From positions 1,078 to 65,077 of the forward strand of contig DATHUV010000129.1 of the NCBI GenBank assembly GCA_035461905.1: a stretch of DNA of 64,000 nucleotides, given 5' to 3'. The stretch's first letter is position 1. Each line of letters begins with the position of its first letter. A program made the position numbers and the translations under genes. This DNA comes from Acidimicrobiia bacterium (lineage in GTDB: Bacteria > Actinomycetota > Acidimicrobiia > Spongiisociales > UBA5794). The notes under the pieces are model-generated. The model saw only the letters and a list, made by a program, of their open reading frames with translations. It was not told the DNA's origin and did not search any database. Of the stretch, positions 8,903 to 18,345 are shown in pieces.

Positions 8903-11185
8903 GTGGAAGAACGACTCCTCTCGGACCGGTACCGCATCGTCAAGCATCTCGCAAGGGGTGGGATGGCTGACGTCTACGCGGCCGAGGACGTCCTGTTGAA
9001 CCGGTCGGTCGCCGTCAAGGTCCTTCACGCCAATTTCGCCTCCGACGAGGCGTTCGTCGCCCGATTCCGACGCGAGGCCCAGGCGGCTGCGAACCTGTCA
9101 CATCCCAACATCGTCGCCATCTACGACTGGGGCCAGGATGCCGGCACCTACTTCATGGTCATGGAGCTCATCAAGGGCCGAACCCTCAGGGAGTTCTTGC
9201 GCGCGGGCGGCGCCATCCTTCCCCAGCGTGCCGCCGAGATCACGGCAGAGGCCGCGGCCGCGCTGAGCATCGCCCACCAACACGGCGTCTATCACCGCGA
9301 CGTGAAGCCGGGGAACATCATGATCACGCCCGAGGGTGCGGTGAAGGTGACCGACTTCGGGATCGCGCGTGCGCTCGACGACTCCGAGGAACTCACACGA
9401 ACCGGCGCCGTCATCGGAACCGCGACGTACTTCTCCCCCGAACAGGCACAGGGCCTGCCTGCAGACGAGCGCTCGGACGTGTACGCCCTCGGCATCGTCC
9501 TCTACGAGATGCTCGCCGGCAAGCCGCCGTTCACCGGCGAGAGTCCGGTCGCCGTTGCCTACCAGCACGTCTCCGAGATGGCGGTCTCCCCCGACCAGGT
9601 CAACCCTGATGCGCCGAGGGAACTCGCAGCGATCGCAGAGCATGCCATCCGGAAGAACCCGAGCGATCGGTACCAGTCCGCCGATGAGCTGCGGTCGGAT
9701 CTTCTCCGATACCTCGCGGGAAGCGAACCGATCGCCGCGTCCGCGGTCGTCGCTGCCGCACCAACCGCCCTGCTCACGTCATCCACGCCCCCGACGCCGG
9801 GGTATCCGCCACCCGTCGTCGGAACACAGACCTTCGACGCACCTGTCGAGGAGCGCTCCCAGACCGGATACTGGGCGGCGGTCGGTGCACTGATCGTTGT
9901 GTTGCTGATCGGCGTCGCCCTGCTGGTCCGGTTGCTGACGGGTGGGGATCCCGCGACAACGGAGGTCGAGATCCCTGACCTCGCCGGGATGGCGGCCCAG
10001 GACGCGTTCGAGACGCTCCAGGCTTTGGACCTCAAGGTTCGCACCGAAGACGAGCAGAGCGACGTCGTCGCTGCTGGCCTCGTCATCAGGACCGATCCTT
10101 CAGCCGGGAGCCTCGTTGCGGCCGAGAGCTTCGTCACGGTGGTCGTCTCCATAGGAGCGGAGGAGTTCGGTGTCCCGAACGTCGTTGGGGAGAACGTCGA
10201 CGTCGCACGTGCGAGGATCCAGGCGGACGGCTTCGACGTCGGCTCCATCACGTACGAGCTCACCGAGGATGTCGACGAGAACATCGTGATCAGGCAGAGC
10301 CCAGAGGCAGGCGCCACCGCACCTCCTTCGACGGCTGTGAACCTCGTCGTTTCGTCGGGTCCGTTCTCGATCGAGGTGCCGGACGTCGCCGGGAGGACCG
10401 CGGAGACTGCCGTGATCCAGCTCCAGCGCGAGGGCTTCGAGAGCGTCAGGACCGAGGAGGCACCTTCGCCAGACGTGCTCGCCGGGTTCGTCATCGAGAC
10501 GAATCCAGCCGCCGGTCAGGTCGTGCCACGGGACGCGACGATCACCGTCATCGTCTCGTCGGGACCCGAGCCGGTTGGCGCGCCGAACCTGGTCGGCCTG
10601 TCCCGATCCCAGGCAGAGAGCCAGCTCAATGCGCTGGGGCTGCTCCTCGTGGTGAGCAACGACACGGTCGAGGTCGCCGTCGACTCCGGGCTGATCGGCA
10701 ACGTCGCCGAGCAGTCACCGGGTCCGGGAACCGAGCTCGAGGTGGGATCTGAGGTCGTTGTGCGCCTCGGAGTCCCGAGACAGGTCACAGTGCCGAACCT
10801 TGTAGGTCTCACCCCTGAAAATGCCCAGACGACTGCGGCGAACGTCGGTCTGAACGTCGACATCGTCGAGACGCGTACCACCAACACCCAGAACCTCGAC
10901 AACACGGTTGCCACACAGATCCCACCGGCGGGTTCCACCGCGGAGGAGGGCAGCTTCATTGAGATCTCCGTGTACTCCTACCGGCCGATCGTCCCGGATT
11001 TCTCAGGCAAGACCCTCGCCCAGGCCCAGGCCGAAGCGACTGCCCTCGGACTCGGCACCGTGACCCAGTCGGGTACGACCGCATCCTGCCCCACTGACGG
11101 GCTGATCGTCTCCCAGAACCCCGTCGCCGGGACAGAGGTCGACAGGGACACCGATATCGCCGTGGAAGTCTGCGACCTCCCATGA
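8903..11185 (+). CDS. pknB: Ser/Thr protein kinase PknB with six extracellular PASTA repeats
   Basis: Hanks kinase motifs (GGMADVY, VAVK, HRDVKPGN, DFG, SPEQ), one TM helix, then six repeats each starting (V/I)P(D/N)(L/V/F).G. Confidence 0.9.
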   Translation: MEERLLSDRYRIVKHLARGGMADVYAAEDVLLNRSVAVKVLHANFASDEAFVARFRREAQAAANLSHPNIVAIYDWGQDAGTYFMVMELIKGRTLREFLRAGGAILPQRAAEITAEAAAALSIAHQHGVYHRDVKPGNIMITPEGAVKVTDFGIARALDDSEELTRTGAVIGTATYFSPEQAQGLPADERSDVYALGIVLYEMLAGKPPFTGESPVAVAYQHVSEMAVSPDQVNPDAPRELAAIAEHAIRKNPSDRYQSADELRSDLLRYLAGSEPIAASAVVAAAPTALLTSSTPPTPGYPPPVVGTQTFDAPVEERSQTGYWAAVGALIVVLLIGVALLVRLLTGGDPATTEVEIPDLAGMAAQDAFETLQALDLKVRTEDEQSDVVAAGLVIRTDPSAGSLVAAESFVTVVVSIGAEEFGVPNVVGENVDVARARIQADGFDVGSITYELTEDVDENIVIRQSPEAGATAPPSTAVNLVVSSGPFSIEVPDVAGRTAETAVIQLQREGFESVRTEEAPSPDVLAGFVIETNPAAGQVVPRDATITVIVSSGPEPVGAPNLVGLSRSQAESQLNALGLLLVVSNDTVEVAVDSGLIGNVAEQSPGPGTELEVGSEVVVRLGVPRQVTVPNLVGLTPENAQTTAANVGLNVDIVETRTTNTQNLDNTVATQIPPAGSTAEEGSFIEISVYSYRPIVPDFSGKTLAQAQAEATALGLGTVTQSGTTASCPTDGLIVSQNPVAGTEVDRDTDIAVEVCDLP

Positions 11186-11973
11186 CCGGCGTGGAGGAGA
11201 TCTCCGCGCGCAACGAAGCACTCCTGGAGTGGTACCGCGACGCGAAGCGAGATCTCCCATGGCGGGACGTCGATGATCCTTACCTGACCCTTGTGTCGGA
11301 GACGATGCTCCAACAGACCCAGGTGACCAGGGTGATCGAGAGGTTCGAGCGATTCATCGAACAGTTCCCCGACCCCGAGTCCCTTGCATCTGCATCGGTC
11401 GCCGACCTGCTCGCAGAGTGGTCCGGCCTCGGGTACAACAGCCGGGCGCTACGCCTCAGGGATGCCGCTGCAATCGTCGCAAGGGACGGATGGCCGACCA
11501 CCGCCGACGGGCTCAGAAGTCTTCCCGGCGTCGGGCCATACACGGCGGCTGCGATCGCCTCGATCGCCTTCGGCGAGCCCGTGGCAGCCGTGGACACGAA
11601 CCTCCGGCGGGTGCTCGGCCGATGGATGGGCGAGTCCCTGGCGGGACAGGCCCTCGAGGAGCGGGCGGCCCTTGCCCTCGGGGATCCCGCTGGCGACTGG
11701 AACCAGGCGCTCATGGATCTCGGCTCGTCGATCTGCCGACCGCGGGAGCCGAGGTGTGCCGATTGCCCCGTCGTTGCGTGGTGCCTCGATCCCTCGGTAT
11801 ACGAAGCTCCACCGCCCCAACCGGCGTTCAACGGTTCGCGCCGTGAGCTGCGCGGCGCGATCGTGAAGGCAAGCACCGCCAGCGGGAGCCCGTGGGATGC
11901 CGGAAGGGCACTCGGGCGGGAGGATGCCGAGATCGCCTCCGTCATCGAGGACCTCCGGGAGGAGGGCCTGCTC

Positions 11974-11988
<15 letters not shown>
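11182..11988 (+). CDS. mutY: A/G-specific adenine glycosylase (MutY-like HhH-GPD/FeS glycosylase, short form)
   Basis: LLEWYRDAKRDLPWR, SETMLQQTQV, GLGYNSRA and the 4Fe-4S loop C.x6.C.x2.C.x5.C (CRPREPRCADCPVVAWC). 268 aa, so the C-terminal NUDIX-like domain appears absent or short. ATGA overlap with pknB. Confidence 0.75.
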
Positions 11989-12545
<557 letters not shown>

Positions 12546-12549
<4 letters not shown>

Positions 12550-12695
12550 CCGACACCCCCGCCCGAGTCGAGCAGGTTTGCACCCATCCAGTCGTACACC
12601 GAGAACAGGACGATGAAGAACACCACGACGAAGATGATCGCCAGAACGACCTTGATCGGCATCGGACCGGGGAGTGCCAGGAATACCCTCTTCAT
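12546..12695 (-). CDS. small single-TM membrane protein (about 49 aa)
   Basis: MKRVFLALPGPMPIKVVLAIIFVVVFFIVLFSVY. ATGA overlaps at both ends (sortase stop, trpG start) suggest it is translated. Confidence 0.4.
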
Positions 12696-13453
12696 GACAC
12701 TCCGAGTGCCTCTGCATTCGGACCGTCGACGAGTTCCGCGAACACGATCATGCGCTGGCGTGAACTGAACTTCGGATGGCAGGTGGTGAGCGTGAGCCAC
12801 GCACCCGGGCGGTCCTGGACCACCCAGAACTCGGTCGGCCGCACGATGACCGTCTCCCTCACGGCGTAGGCATGGATCCCGATGGCGGTCTCGACCTCGA
12901 TGCGGTCACCGGGCCTGAGCTCGTCGAGCTCGTGGAAGGGTGCCCCGTAGGTCGTCCGGTGACCGGAGATGACCGCGTTCCCGGGTTGGCCGGGGAGGGC
13001 TGTAGATGGCATGTGCCCTGCGCCGTTCCGGAGATCCGCCCTGGTAACGCCCTCGACAACTGCCCATCCCTCGGAGAGTCGCTCGATCGTGGGGATCCGG
13101 ATGATCGCGAAGGCCTCCCCCTCGGGTGGTGGAGCCTCCACGAGCAAGGGGACGGGGTCCCCGACGGCACCGGATCCCGGTTCGTCCGATCCGGGGCCAT
13201 CCGATCCCGGAACATACTCGACGGTCCCGATTTCGGCGGAGGCGAACCAGCTGACCGCTTCGGATGACCGCTCATTGTTGTTCTGCTGGGCGAGCCATGT
13301 GGTGAAGAACAACTGGTGGGCGACGAAGCCGAGGAGGAACAGACCGAACCAGACACACGTCCACCCGAGGATGCGGATCGTCCTCACAACCCGTCTACGG
13401 GGGTTCGTCACGGATTCGGGGTTCGATTTCAACTCGACGACGATCCAGCTCAT
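12692..13453 (-). CDS. class E sortase
   Basis: N-terminal TM, catalytic His (ISGHRTTYGAPF) and TLTTCHP Cys motif, with conserved Arg downstream. Confidence 0.85.
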   Translation of the reverse strand: MSWIVVELKSNPESVTNPRRRVVRTIRILGWTCVWFGLFLLGFVAHQLFFTTWLAQQNNNERSSEAVSWFASAEIGTVEYVPGSDGPGSDEPGSGAVGDPVPLLVEAPPPEGEAFAIIRIPTIERLSEGWAVVEGVTRADLRNGAGHMPSTALPGQPGNAVISGHRTTYGAPFHELDELRPGDRIEVETAIGIHAYAVRETVIVRPTEFWVVQDRPGAWLTLTTCHPKFSSRQRMIVFAELVDGPNAEALGVS

Positions 13454-13530
13454 GACGTCGGAGGCTACAGCCGGTGGGCGGATTGGGTACCCCGAAACGT
13501 CACGCGACCGACTCCGCTAGCCTTGCGTCC

Positions 13531-13785
13531 ATGCCGAAGTCAAAGGGCCGGAAACAGGCGAACAGGCGTCCTACCCCCCCGTCGCACAAGCCGACAGCCG
13601 TCGATACCAAAGGCCCGTCCCCGCTGTGGTACGTCGCCACGATGTTCGGCCTGATGGGCCTGGGGCTCATCGTCATCCTCTCGAACTACATCGGATTCCT
13701 CCCCGGAGGAACGTCGAACACCTACCTCATCGCCGGTCTCGGCGCGATCGGTGTCGGCTTCGCGATGACGATGAACTACCGCTGA
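13531..13785 (+). CDS. crgA: cell division protein CrgA
   Basis: MPKSKGRKQANRR... basic N-terminus followed by two TM helices (PLWYVATMFGLMGLGLIVILSNY; YLIAGLGAIGVGFAMTMNY). About 84 aa, typical of CrgA. Confidence 0.8.
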   Translation: MPKSKGRKQANRRPTPPSHKPTAVDTKGPSPLWYVATMFGLMGLGLIVILSNYIGFLPGGTSNTYLIAGLGAIGVGFAMTMNYR

Positions 13786-13823
13786 GACAGCCGTCAGATC
13801 GTGGATCGGCCGATGCCGCTCCA

Positions 13824-14054
13824 CTAGGCACGAACCATGTCCTCCCGGCAGTGGCGGGGCGGTTCGATATCTCCGTCGTGGGCCTGGGTGATCGTCAGGC
13901 TCAAGCCACACACCGTGCACAAGAACGGCACGTCGACCTCGTGGACGTCGTCGAGTTCGGGGTCGGGCGGTGGCCCTGATGCGATGAACCGGATACTCCA
14001 GACCGTCAACACCAGGATGAGGCCGGCGACGACGAACGCGATGAAGATGGTCAC
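13824..14054 (-). CDS. small membrane protein, hypothetical
   Basis: GTG start overlaps the thiolase stop (GTGA). One TM (VTIFIAFVVAGLILVLTVW) followed by a CTVC...HC Cys/His-containing tail. Confidence 0.35.
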   Translation of the reverse strand: MTIFIAFVVAGLILVLTVWSIRFIASGPPPDPELDDVHEVDVPFLCTVCGLSLTITQAHDGDIEPPRHCREDMVRA

Positions 14055-15208
14055 GCGAGCGACTCGATGATCGTGCCGTTCGCGAGTCCCCCTCCCTCGC
14101 ACATCGTCTGGAGGCCATAGCGGCCGCCGGAACGCTCGAGTTCGTTCACGAGGGTCGTCATGAGGCGGGCCCCGCTCGCACCGAGGGGATGGCCGAGTGC
14201 GATGGCACCGCCGTTCGGATTGACCCTGTCCCAGTCGACTCCGGTCTCGTGGAGCCAGGCACCGATGACCGCTGCGAACGCCTCATTGACCTCGAACAGG
14301 TCGATGTCCCCGATCGACATACCCGCCCGCTCGAGCACCTTGCGCGTCGCTGGAATAGGGCCAGTGAGCATCGTGATCGGATCCGTTCCGGCGAGGGAGA
14401 ACCCAACGAACCGTGCACGTGGCTTCATGCCGAGCGAATCGGCCTTCTCACGGGACATGATGAGGATGGCGGCGGATCCGTCGGTGATCTGTGAGGAGTT
14501 CCCCGCCGTGACGACGCCGTCCTCCTTGAAGGCGGGTTTGAGGCTTGCGAGGCCCTCAATGGTCGTGGTGTGTCGGAGACCCTCGTCGACGGTGACCGTG
14601 GTCGTGACGCCATCTGCCTTGACCTCGATCGGCACGATCTCGTTGTCGAATCGGCCCTCCTTTGTTGCCCGTATGGCGCGCATCTGGGAGTCGTAGCCGA
14701 TCCGGTCGAGGTCCTCACGTGACAGCTCCCACTGTTCGGCGATCATCTCGGCGGACAGGCCCTGGGGTACGAGGCTGTCCTGGTATCGGGAACGCATGAG
14801 CTCGCCGAAGGGGTTCGAGGTCCCTGCCGACGATCCCATGGGGACCCGCGACATCGACTCAACGCCAGCTGCGACGACGACGTCGTACGAGCCTGCCATG
14901 ACACCCTGCGCGGCGAAGTGGACGGACTGCTGGGAGGACCCGCATTGGCGGTCGATCGTCACACCGGGGACCGTCTCGGGCCACCCTGCGCCTAGGACGG
15001 CGTTGCGGGCGATGTTGTACGTCTGTTCCCCGACCTGGGAGACACACCCCATGATCACGTCGTCGACGACGGACGGATCGAGGGACGTCCGTTCGGCGAG
15101 CGCCTTGAGCGTCTCCGCGGCTAGGTCGGCCGGGTGCCTGTCCGACAGTGCACCATTGCGCCTGCCAAGTGGTGTCCGCACGGCGTCGACGATCACGGCC
15201 TCACGCAT
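14051..15208 (-). CDS. acetyl-CoA C-acetyltransferase (thiolase)
   Basis: 385 aa with active-site region DRQCGSSQQ, NEAFA and C-terminal CEGGGLANG. Confidence 0.9.
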   Translation of the reverse strand: MREAVIVDAVRTPLGRRNGALSDRHPADLAAETLKALAERTSLDPSVVDDVIMGCVSQVGEQTYNIARNAVLGAGWPETVPGVTIDRQCGSSQQSVHFAAQGVMAGSYDVVVAAGVESMSRVPMGSSAGTSNPFGELMRSRYQDSLVPQGLSAEMIAEQWELSREDLDRIGYDSQMRAIRATKEGRFDNEIVPIEVKADGVTTTVTVDEGLRHTTTIEGLASLKPAFKEDGVVTAGNSSQITDGSAAILIMSREKADSLGMKPRARFVGFSLAGTDPITMLTGPIPATRKVLERAGMSIGDIDLFEVNEAFAAVIGAWLHETGVDWDRVNPNGGAIALGHPLGASGARLMTTLVNELERSGGRYGLQTMCEGGGLANGTIIESLA

Positions 15209-15229
15209 GGTGGCTCCTCATCACGGCAG

Positions 15230-15302
15230 TGGAGACGATCGGATTCGAACCGACGACCCCCTGGTTGCAAACCAGGTGCTCTGCCAACTGAGCTACGTCC
15301 CC
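15230..15302 (-). tRNA. tRNA-Ala (anticodon TGC)
   Basis: The reverse complement reads GGGGACGTAGCTCAGTTGGCAGAGCACCTGGTTTGCAACCAGGGGGTCGTCGGTTCGAATCCGATCGTCTCCA. It has the G3:U70 identity pair and anticodon loop TTTGCAA. Confidence 0.9.
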
Positions 15303-15342
15303 TCGGAAGCGTCAAGTGTAGAGGTCGGTGGCGGATTCCGGT

Positions 15343-15798
15343 TCAGAGAATGCCCGGCTTGATGATCATGGCGACGAAGGCAATCGCCACGATGACCGTG
15401 AGGAGGTGGATGAGGCCGACGACGGACTTCATCTTCGCCACGGCACTCTCGTCCTCGACTCCGCTCTCCTCGACGATCGCCTCGATCTCCTTGAGGCGGG
15501 GGTCGAGCAGGAACATGCTGATGGCGAATGCTGCGACGACGGCCAGGAGGCCGATACCGACGAAGATGTCCTCGAAGCCGTAGGTGGTCTCGATGACGAG
15601 CCAGATGCCGAAGACGAGTGTGATGACCGCCGCCGGCCCCATGACCCTGCCTGCGGTCTTCGAGGCCCGAATCATCGTCGTCATGTAGGTCGGCGTGCCT
15701 GCCTTGGTGGCTCCCGCCGTCAGGCTCTCGAGGTACACGTGGGACCCGAACAGGGTCGCTCCTCCAATGGCGTGTGCGAGCAGGATCCACTTGTACAT
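15343..15798 (-). CDS. four-TM membrane protein (DUF2269-like)
   Basis: MYKWILLAHAIGGATLFGSHVY... with four hydrophobic segments. GGAGG RBS upstream of this ATG. The ORF-track start is an extension. Confidence 0.55.
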   Translation of the reverse strand: MYKWILLAHAIGGATLFGSHVYLESLTAGATKAGTPTYMTTMIRASKTAGRVMGPAAVITLVFGIWLVIETTYGFEDIFVGIGLLAVVAAFAISMFLLDPRLKEIEAIVEESGVEDESAVAKMKSVVGLIHLLTVIVAIAFVAMIIKPGIL

Positions 15799-15913
15799 AC
15801 GACCTCCCGTGGGCTCGTGGGGATCGTAGCCGCACACCCCCGTGTGTCCACGACCCGGGACCCGGTCCCGCAGAGCCATTGCATTGGTGGATTGGTACCA
15901 TCCGCGTCCGCAC

Positions 15914-15988
15914 GGGCCCATAGCTCAGCTCGGTTAGAGCGCATCCCTGATAAGGATGAGGTCCCTGGTTCAAATCCAGGTGGGCCCA
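15914..15988 (+). tRNA. tRNA-Ile (anticodon GAT)
   Basis: GGGCCCATAGCTCAGCTCGGTTAGAGCGCATCCCTGATAAGGATGAGGTCCCTGGTTCAAATCCAGGTGGGCCCA. Anticodon loop CTGATAA and a clean cloverleaf. Confidence 0.9.
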
Positions 15989-16263
15989 CTCGATATCCTC
16001 ACCGACTACCGGGGGTCCGCGACTCCACCTTGTCACGCGTGTGCCGGATCATCACCAGCGAGGTCGGCACCGGTCCCGCCATTGCCCTACCCGCAAGGAC
16101 ACGAGTCGGCGCTCCAGGTTCAAATCCAGGTGGGCCCACTCGAGACCCTCACCGACTACCGGGGGTCCGCGACTCCACCTTGTCACGCGTGTGCCGGATA
16201 ATCACCCGCGAGGCAGGCACCGATCCCGCCACGGCCCTACCCGCGGGCCTACCCGCGGGCCAT
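15964..16263. repeat. two-copy 150-bp tandem direct repeat beginning inside the T-arm of tRNA-Ile
   Basis: GGTTCAAATCCAGGTGGGCCCACTCGA plus about 105 bp downstream occurs at 15967 and again at 16117 (period 150). Hand alignment gives about 10 mismatches over about 131 nt. A perfect 12-bp duplication CCTACCCGCGGG x2 lies at 16236-16259. Confidence 0.9.
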
Positions 16264-16280
16264 GACGGGACACTCCGGGT

Positions 16281-17588
16281 TCACCGGTACCGGTTCACGA
16301 GCAGCGCAGTGCCGTCTGGCATCCACGAAACAGGATTGTAGAAACTCGCTACCTGGACGTCGAGAGTCGTGGATTCGCCCGACTCGACGTTGACCACCAC
16401 GACGTTCATCGGAGGCAGGTTCGTCGCATGGATGGGGAGGCTGCTCGGCCCTGTCCCCCACAAGGGTGCGGGTCGCTTCGGGCCCCCGAAGATCGCACGG
16501 GGTGCGTTCGGGTTGTATTGCAGGAGTGCGATCTCGGTACCGTCCGGGGACCACCGAGGGTTCCATCCGAGGTCAGCGGGGATCGACTCCAGGCGCCTCG
16601 CACCGGATCCATCCATTGCCATGACCCAGATCTCACCGCCGGACCAGTAGGCGACGGTCCCATCCGAACTCACGTCCGGCTGCATGTCTGGGAGGTCGTC
16701 GTTGGTGAGCCTCGTCGGATCTCCACCGGCCACGGGAACGCTCCAGATCTCGCCGGTGTCCGACATCCCGAAATCCACAACTCCCGTACCGAGGTTGTCG
16801 TAGAAGACGATGGTCCCATCCGGCGACCATGAAGGGAACTGATCCACACCCGGATCACTCGTCAATCGTGTCGTTGGCACGGCGAGGTACGAACCGTCGG
16901 TGGGTGTCTCGGCCCCTGAGAGGTCCGCTACGTAGATGTCCGAATTGCCGAGATGCGTCCCCTGAAACGCGATCTGCGTTCCGTCTGGCGACCACGCGGG
17001 GTGTGCAACGGACGCGAAGTCGATCTCCGCGAAGTACACGTAGCCACCCCGGGTCGACCCGACCGGTACGATGGCCATCCGCACCGGGCCCCCCGGTTGG
17101 CATCCGCCGCAGAACCCGACGTCGATCGAGGTTGTGAGGAAGACGATGCGCTGCCCGTCCGGGGAGAGGTTCGCCATCCAGGCATCCTCCGGGAGACCGA
17201 GGTTGGACGTCGACCCGTCGATTCCCACGATCTCGACACCAAGCGGTGGCACCGCTCCAGGCGGTACCACCGCTTGGTCAACCGTCGTCGTCACGGCAGT
17301 CGTTACCGTCGTTGCCATCTCCGCGGGGTCCTCGGCGTCCTCGCTGGCGTTGAATACGAAGACGGCCGTGAGGGCACACACCGCAACGACCGCAGCACCG
17401 ACAGCGATCAGGCCGCGACTCCTCGGACGGACTCCTCCGCTGCGATTCTCGGTGCGTTCCTGGGTTTGCATGTTCACGCTCCTTGATTGGCTAGCGACGA
17501 GCACGGGCGCGGCGACCGGTTGAAGAGCATTTGGATCCGGGACCGGATTCGCTCCCCGGACCATCCGGTCGATCTGGTCGAAGGTCAT
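16281..17588 (-). CDS. single-pass membrane protein with extracytoplasmic TolB-like (PD40/WD40-like) beta-propeller; putative ECF sigma partner
   Basis: ATGA overlap with the upstream ECF sigma stop. TM helix LIAVGAAVVAVCALTAVFVF. Six repeats of the (W/L)SPDG..I(A/V)F type: LSPDGQRIVF, WSPDGTQIAF, WSPDGTIVF, VSSDGTVAYW, WSPDGTEIAL, WMPDGTALLV. Confidence 0.75.
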   Translation of the reverse strand: MTFDQIDRMVRGANPVPDPNALQPVAAPVLVASQSRSVNMQTQERTENRSGGVRPRSRGLIAVGAAVVAVCALTAVFVFNASEDAEDPAEMATTVTTAVTTTVDQAVVPPGAVPPLGVEIVGIDGSTSNLGLPEDAWMANLSPDGQRIVFLTTSIDVGFCGGCQPGGPVRMAIVPVGSTRGGYVYFAEIDFASVAHPAWSPDGTQIAFQGTHLGNSDIYVADLSGAETPTDGSYLAVPTTRLTSDPGVDQFPSWSPDGTIVFYDNLGTGVVDFGMSDTGEIWSVPVAGGDPTRLTNDDLPDMQPDVSSDGTVAYWSGGEIWVMAMDGSGARRLESIPADLGWNPRWSPDGTEIALLQYNPNAPRAIFGGPKRPAPLWGTGPSSLPIHATNLPPMNVVVVNVESGESTTLDVQVASFYNPVSWMPDGTALLVNRYR

Positions 17589-18148
17589 GCCCTGTCCCTT
17601 CCTGCGACCGGAGGGAAGGTCATCCCTGCGCGCGCGAAGCTCGGTTCCAGCATTCGGGCCATCCTTCGGTACGAACGGTGAATCCGCTGGTCGACAGCTG
17701 ATTTGGTCAGGCCGAGCATCTCGGCGATGGCTTCCCGAGGGAGGTCCTCCCACGCGGCGAGCATTACGATCTCGCGGTCGAGCGGCCTCAACCTGCGTAC
17801 GGCGGCGAGAACCTGCGCATCCACCGAATTCTGGACGACGACAGTCATCGGATCCTCCGGCGGCGTGACGCCGAGGCCGGCGAGCTTGACCGCAAGGCGG
17901 TGACGTCGCCGGGAGGTCCTCAGCTGGTTGGACAGGACGTTGCCTGCGATCCCGTACAAGTAGGGAAGTGTTCGGGGTGGCTCAGGCACCTCATCGAGGC
18001 GCCGCCACGCGACGAGGAAGGTCTCTGCACAAACGTCGGCAGCGTCTGACGCGCTCGTCCTCCTTGCACAATACGCAAGCACCAGGAGCCGATACTCCCC
18101 GTAGAGGGACTCGAACTGCGCCTCACTGTTCGTTGGTATGCGTGCCAT
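17585..18148 (-). CDS. ECF (group 4) RNA polymerase sigma factor
   Basis: Region 2 (FESLYGEYRLLVLAYCARR...DVCAETFLVAW) and region 4 HTH (REIVMLAAWEDLPREAIAEMLGLTKSAVDQRIHR). Start at MARIPTN. Confidence 0.85.
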   Translation of the reverse strand: MARIPTNSEAQFESLYGEYRLLVLAYCARRTSASDAADVCAETFLVAWRRLDEVPEPPRTLPYLYGIAGNVLSNQLRTSRRRHRLAVKLAGLGVTPPEDPMTVVVQNSVDAQVLAAVRRLRPLDREIVMLAAWEDLPREAIAEMLGLTKSAVDQRIHRSYRRMARMLEPSFARAGMTFPPVAGRDRA

Positions 18149-18345
18149 CAACCCTTCATGTCCATCCGAGTCGACTGGTTGACAGGATTCTCGTCCGATC
18201 GGATCTACGCCGCTGAGAGAACGCTGGCAAGGAGGGACTGCGCTGCGGTCCCAGCCGATCGTGGGTGTTGGCAGGCCCAACATTTGAGTCGTCGATCGGT
18301 TGGCAACGCACGAGCAAGGAGTCCGCCAGACAGCCCGTGAATCGC

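Noticed and set aside
15964-16263. CRISPR array
   Set aside because: There are only two copies of a 150-bp unit, no short repeat-spacer periodicity, and no cas genes anywhere in the window.
15956-16265. ORFs 15956..16201 and 16041..16265 reading through the tRNA-Ile 3' end and the 150-bp repeats
   Set aside because: Their internally repeated peptide simply mirrors the DNA duplication, and they start inside a tRNA gene. There is no coding signature.
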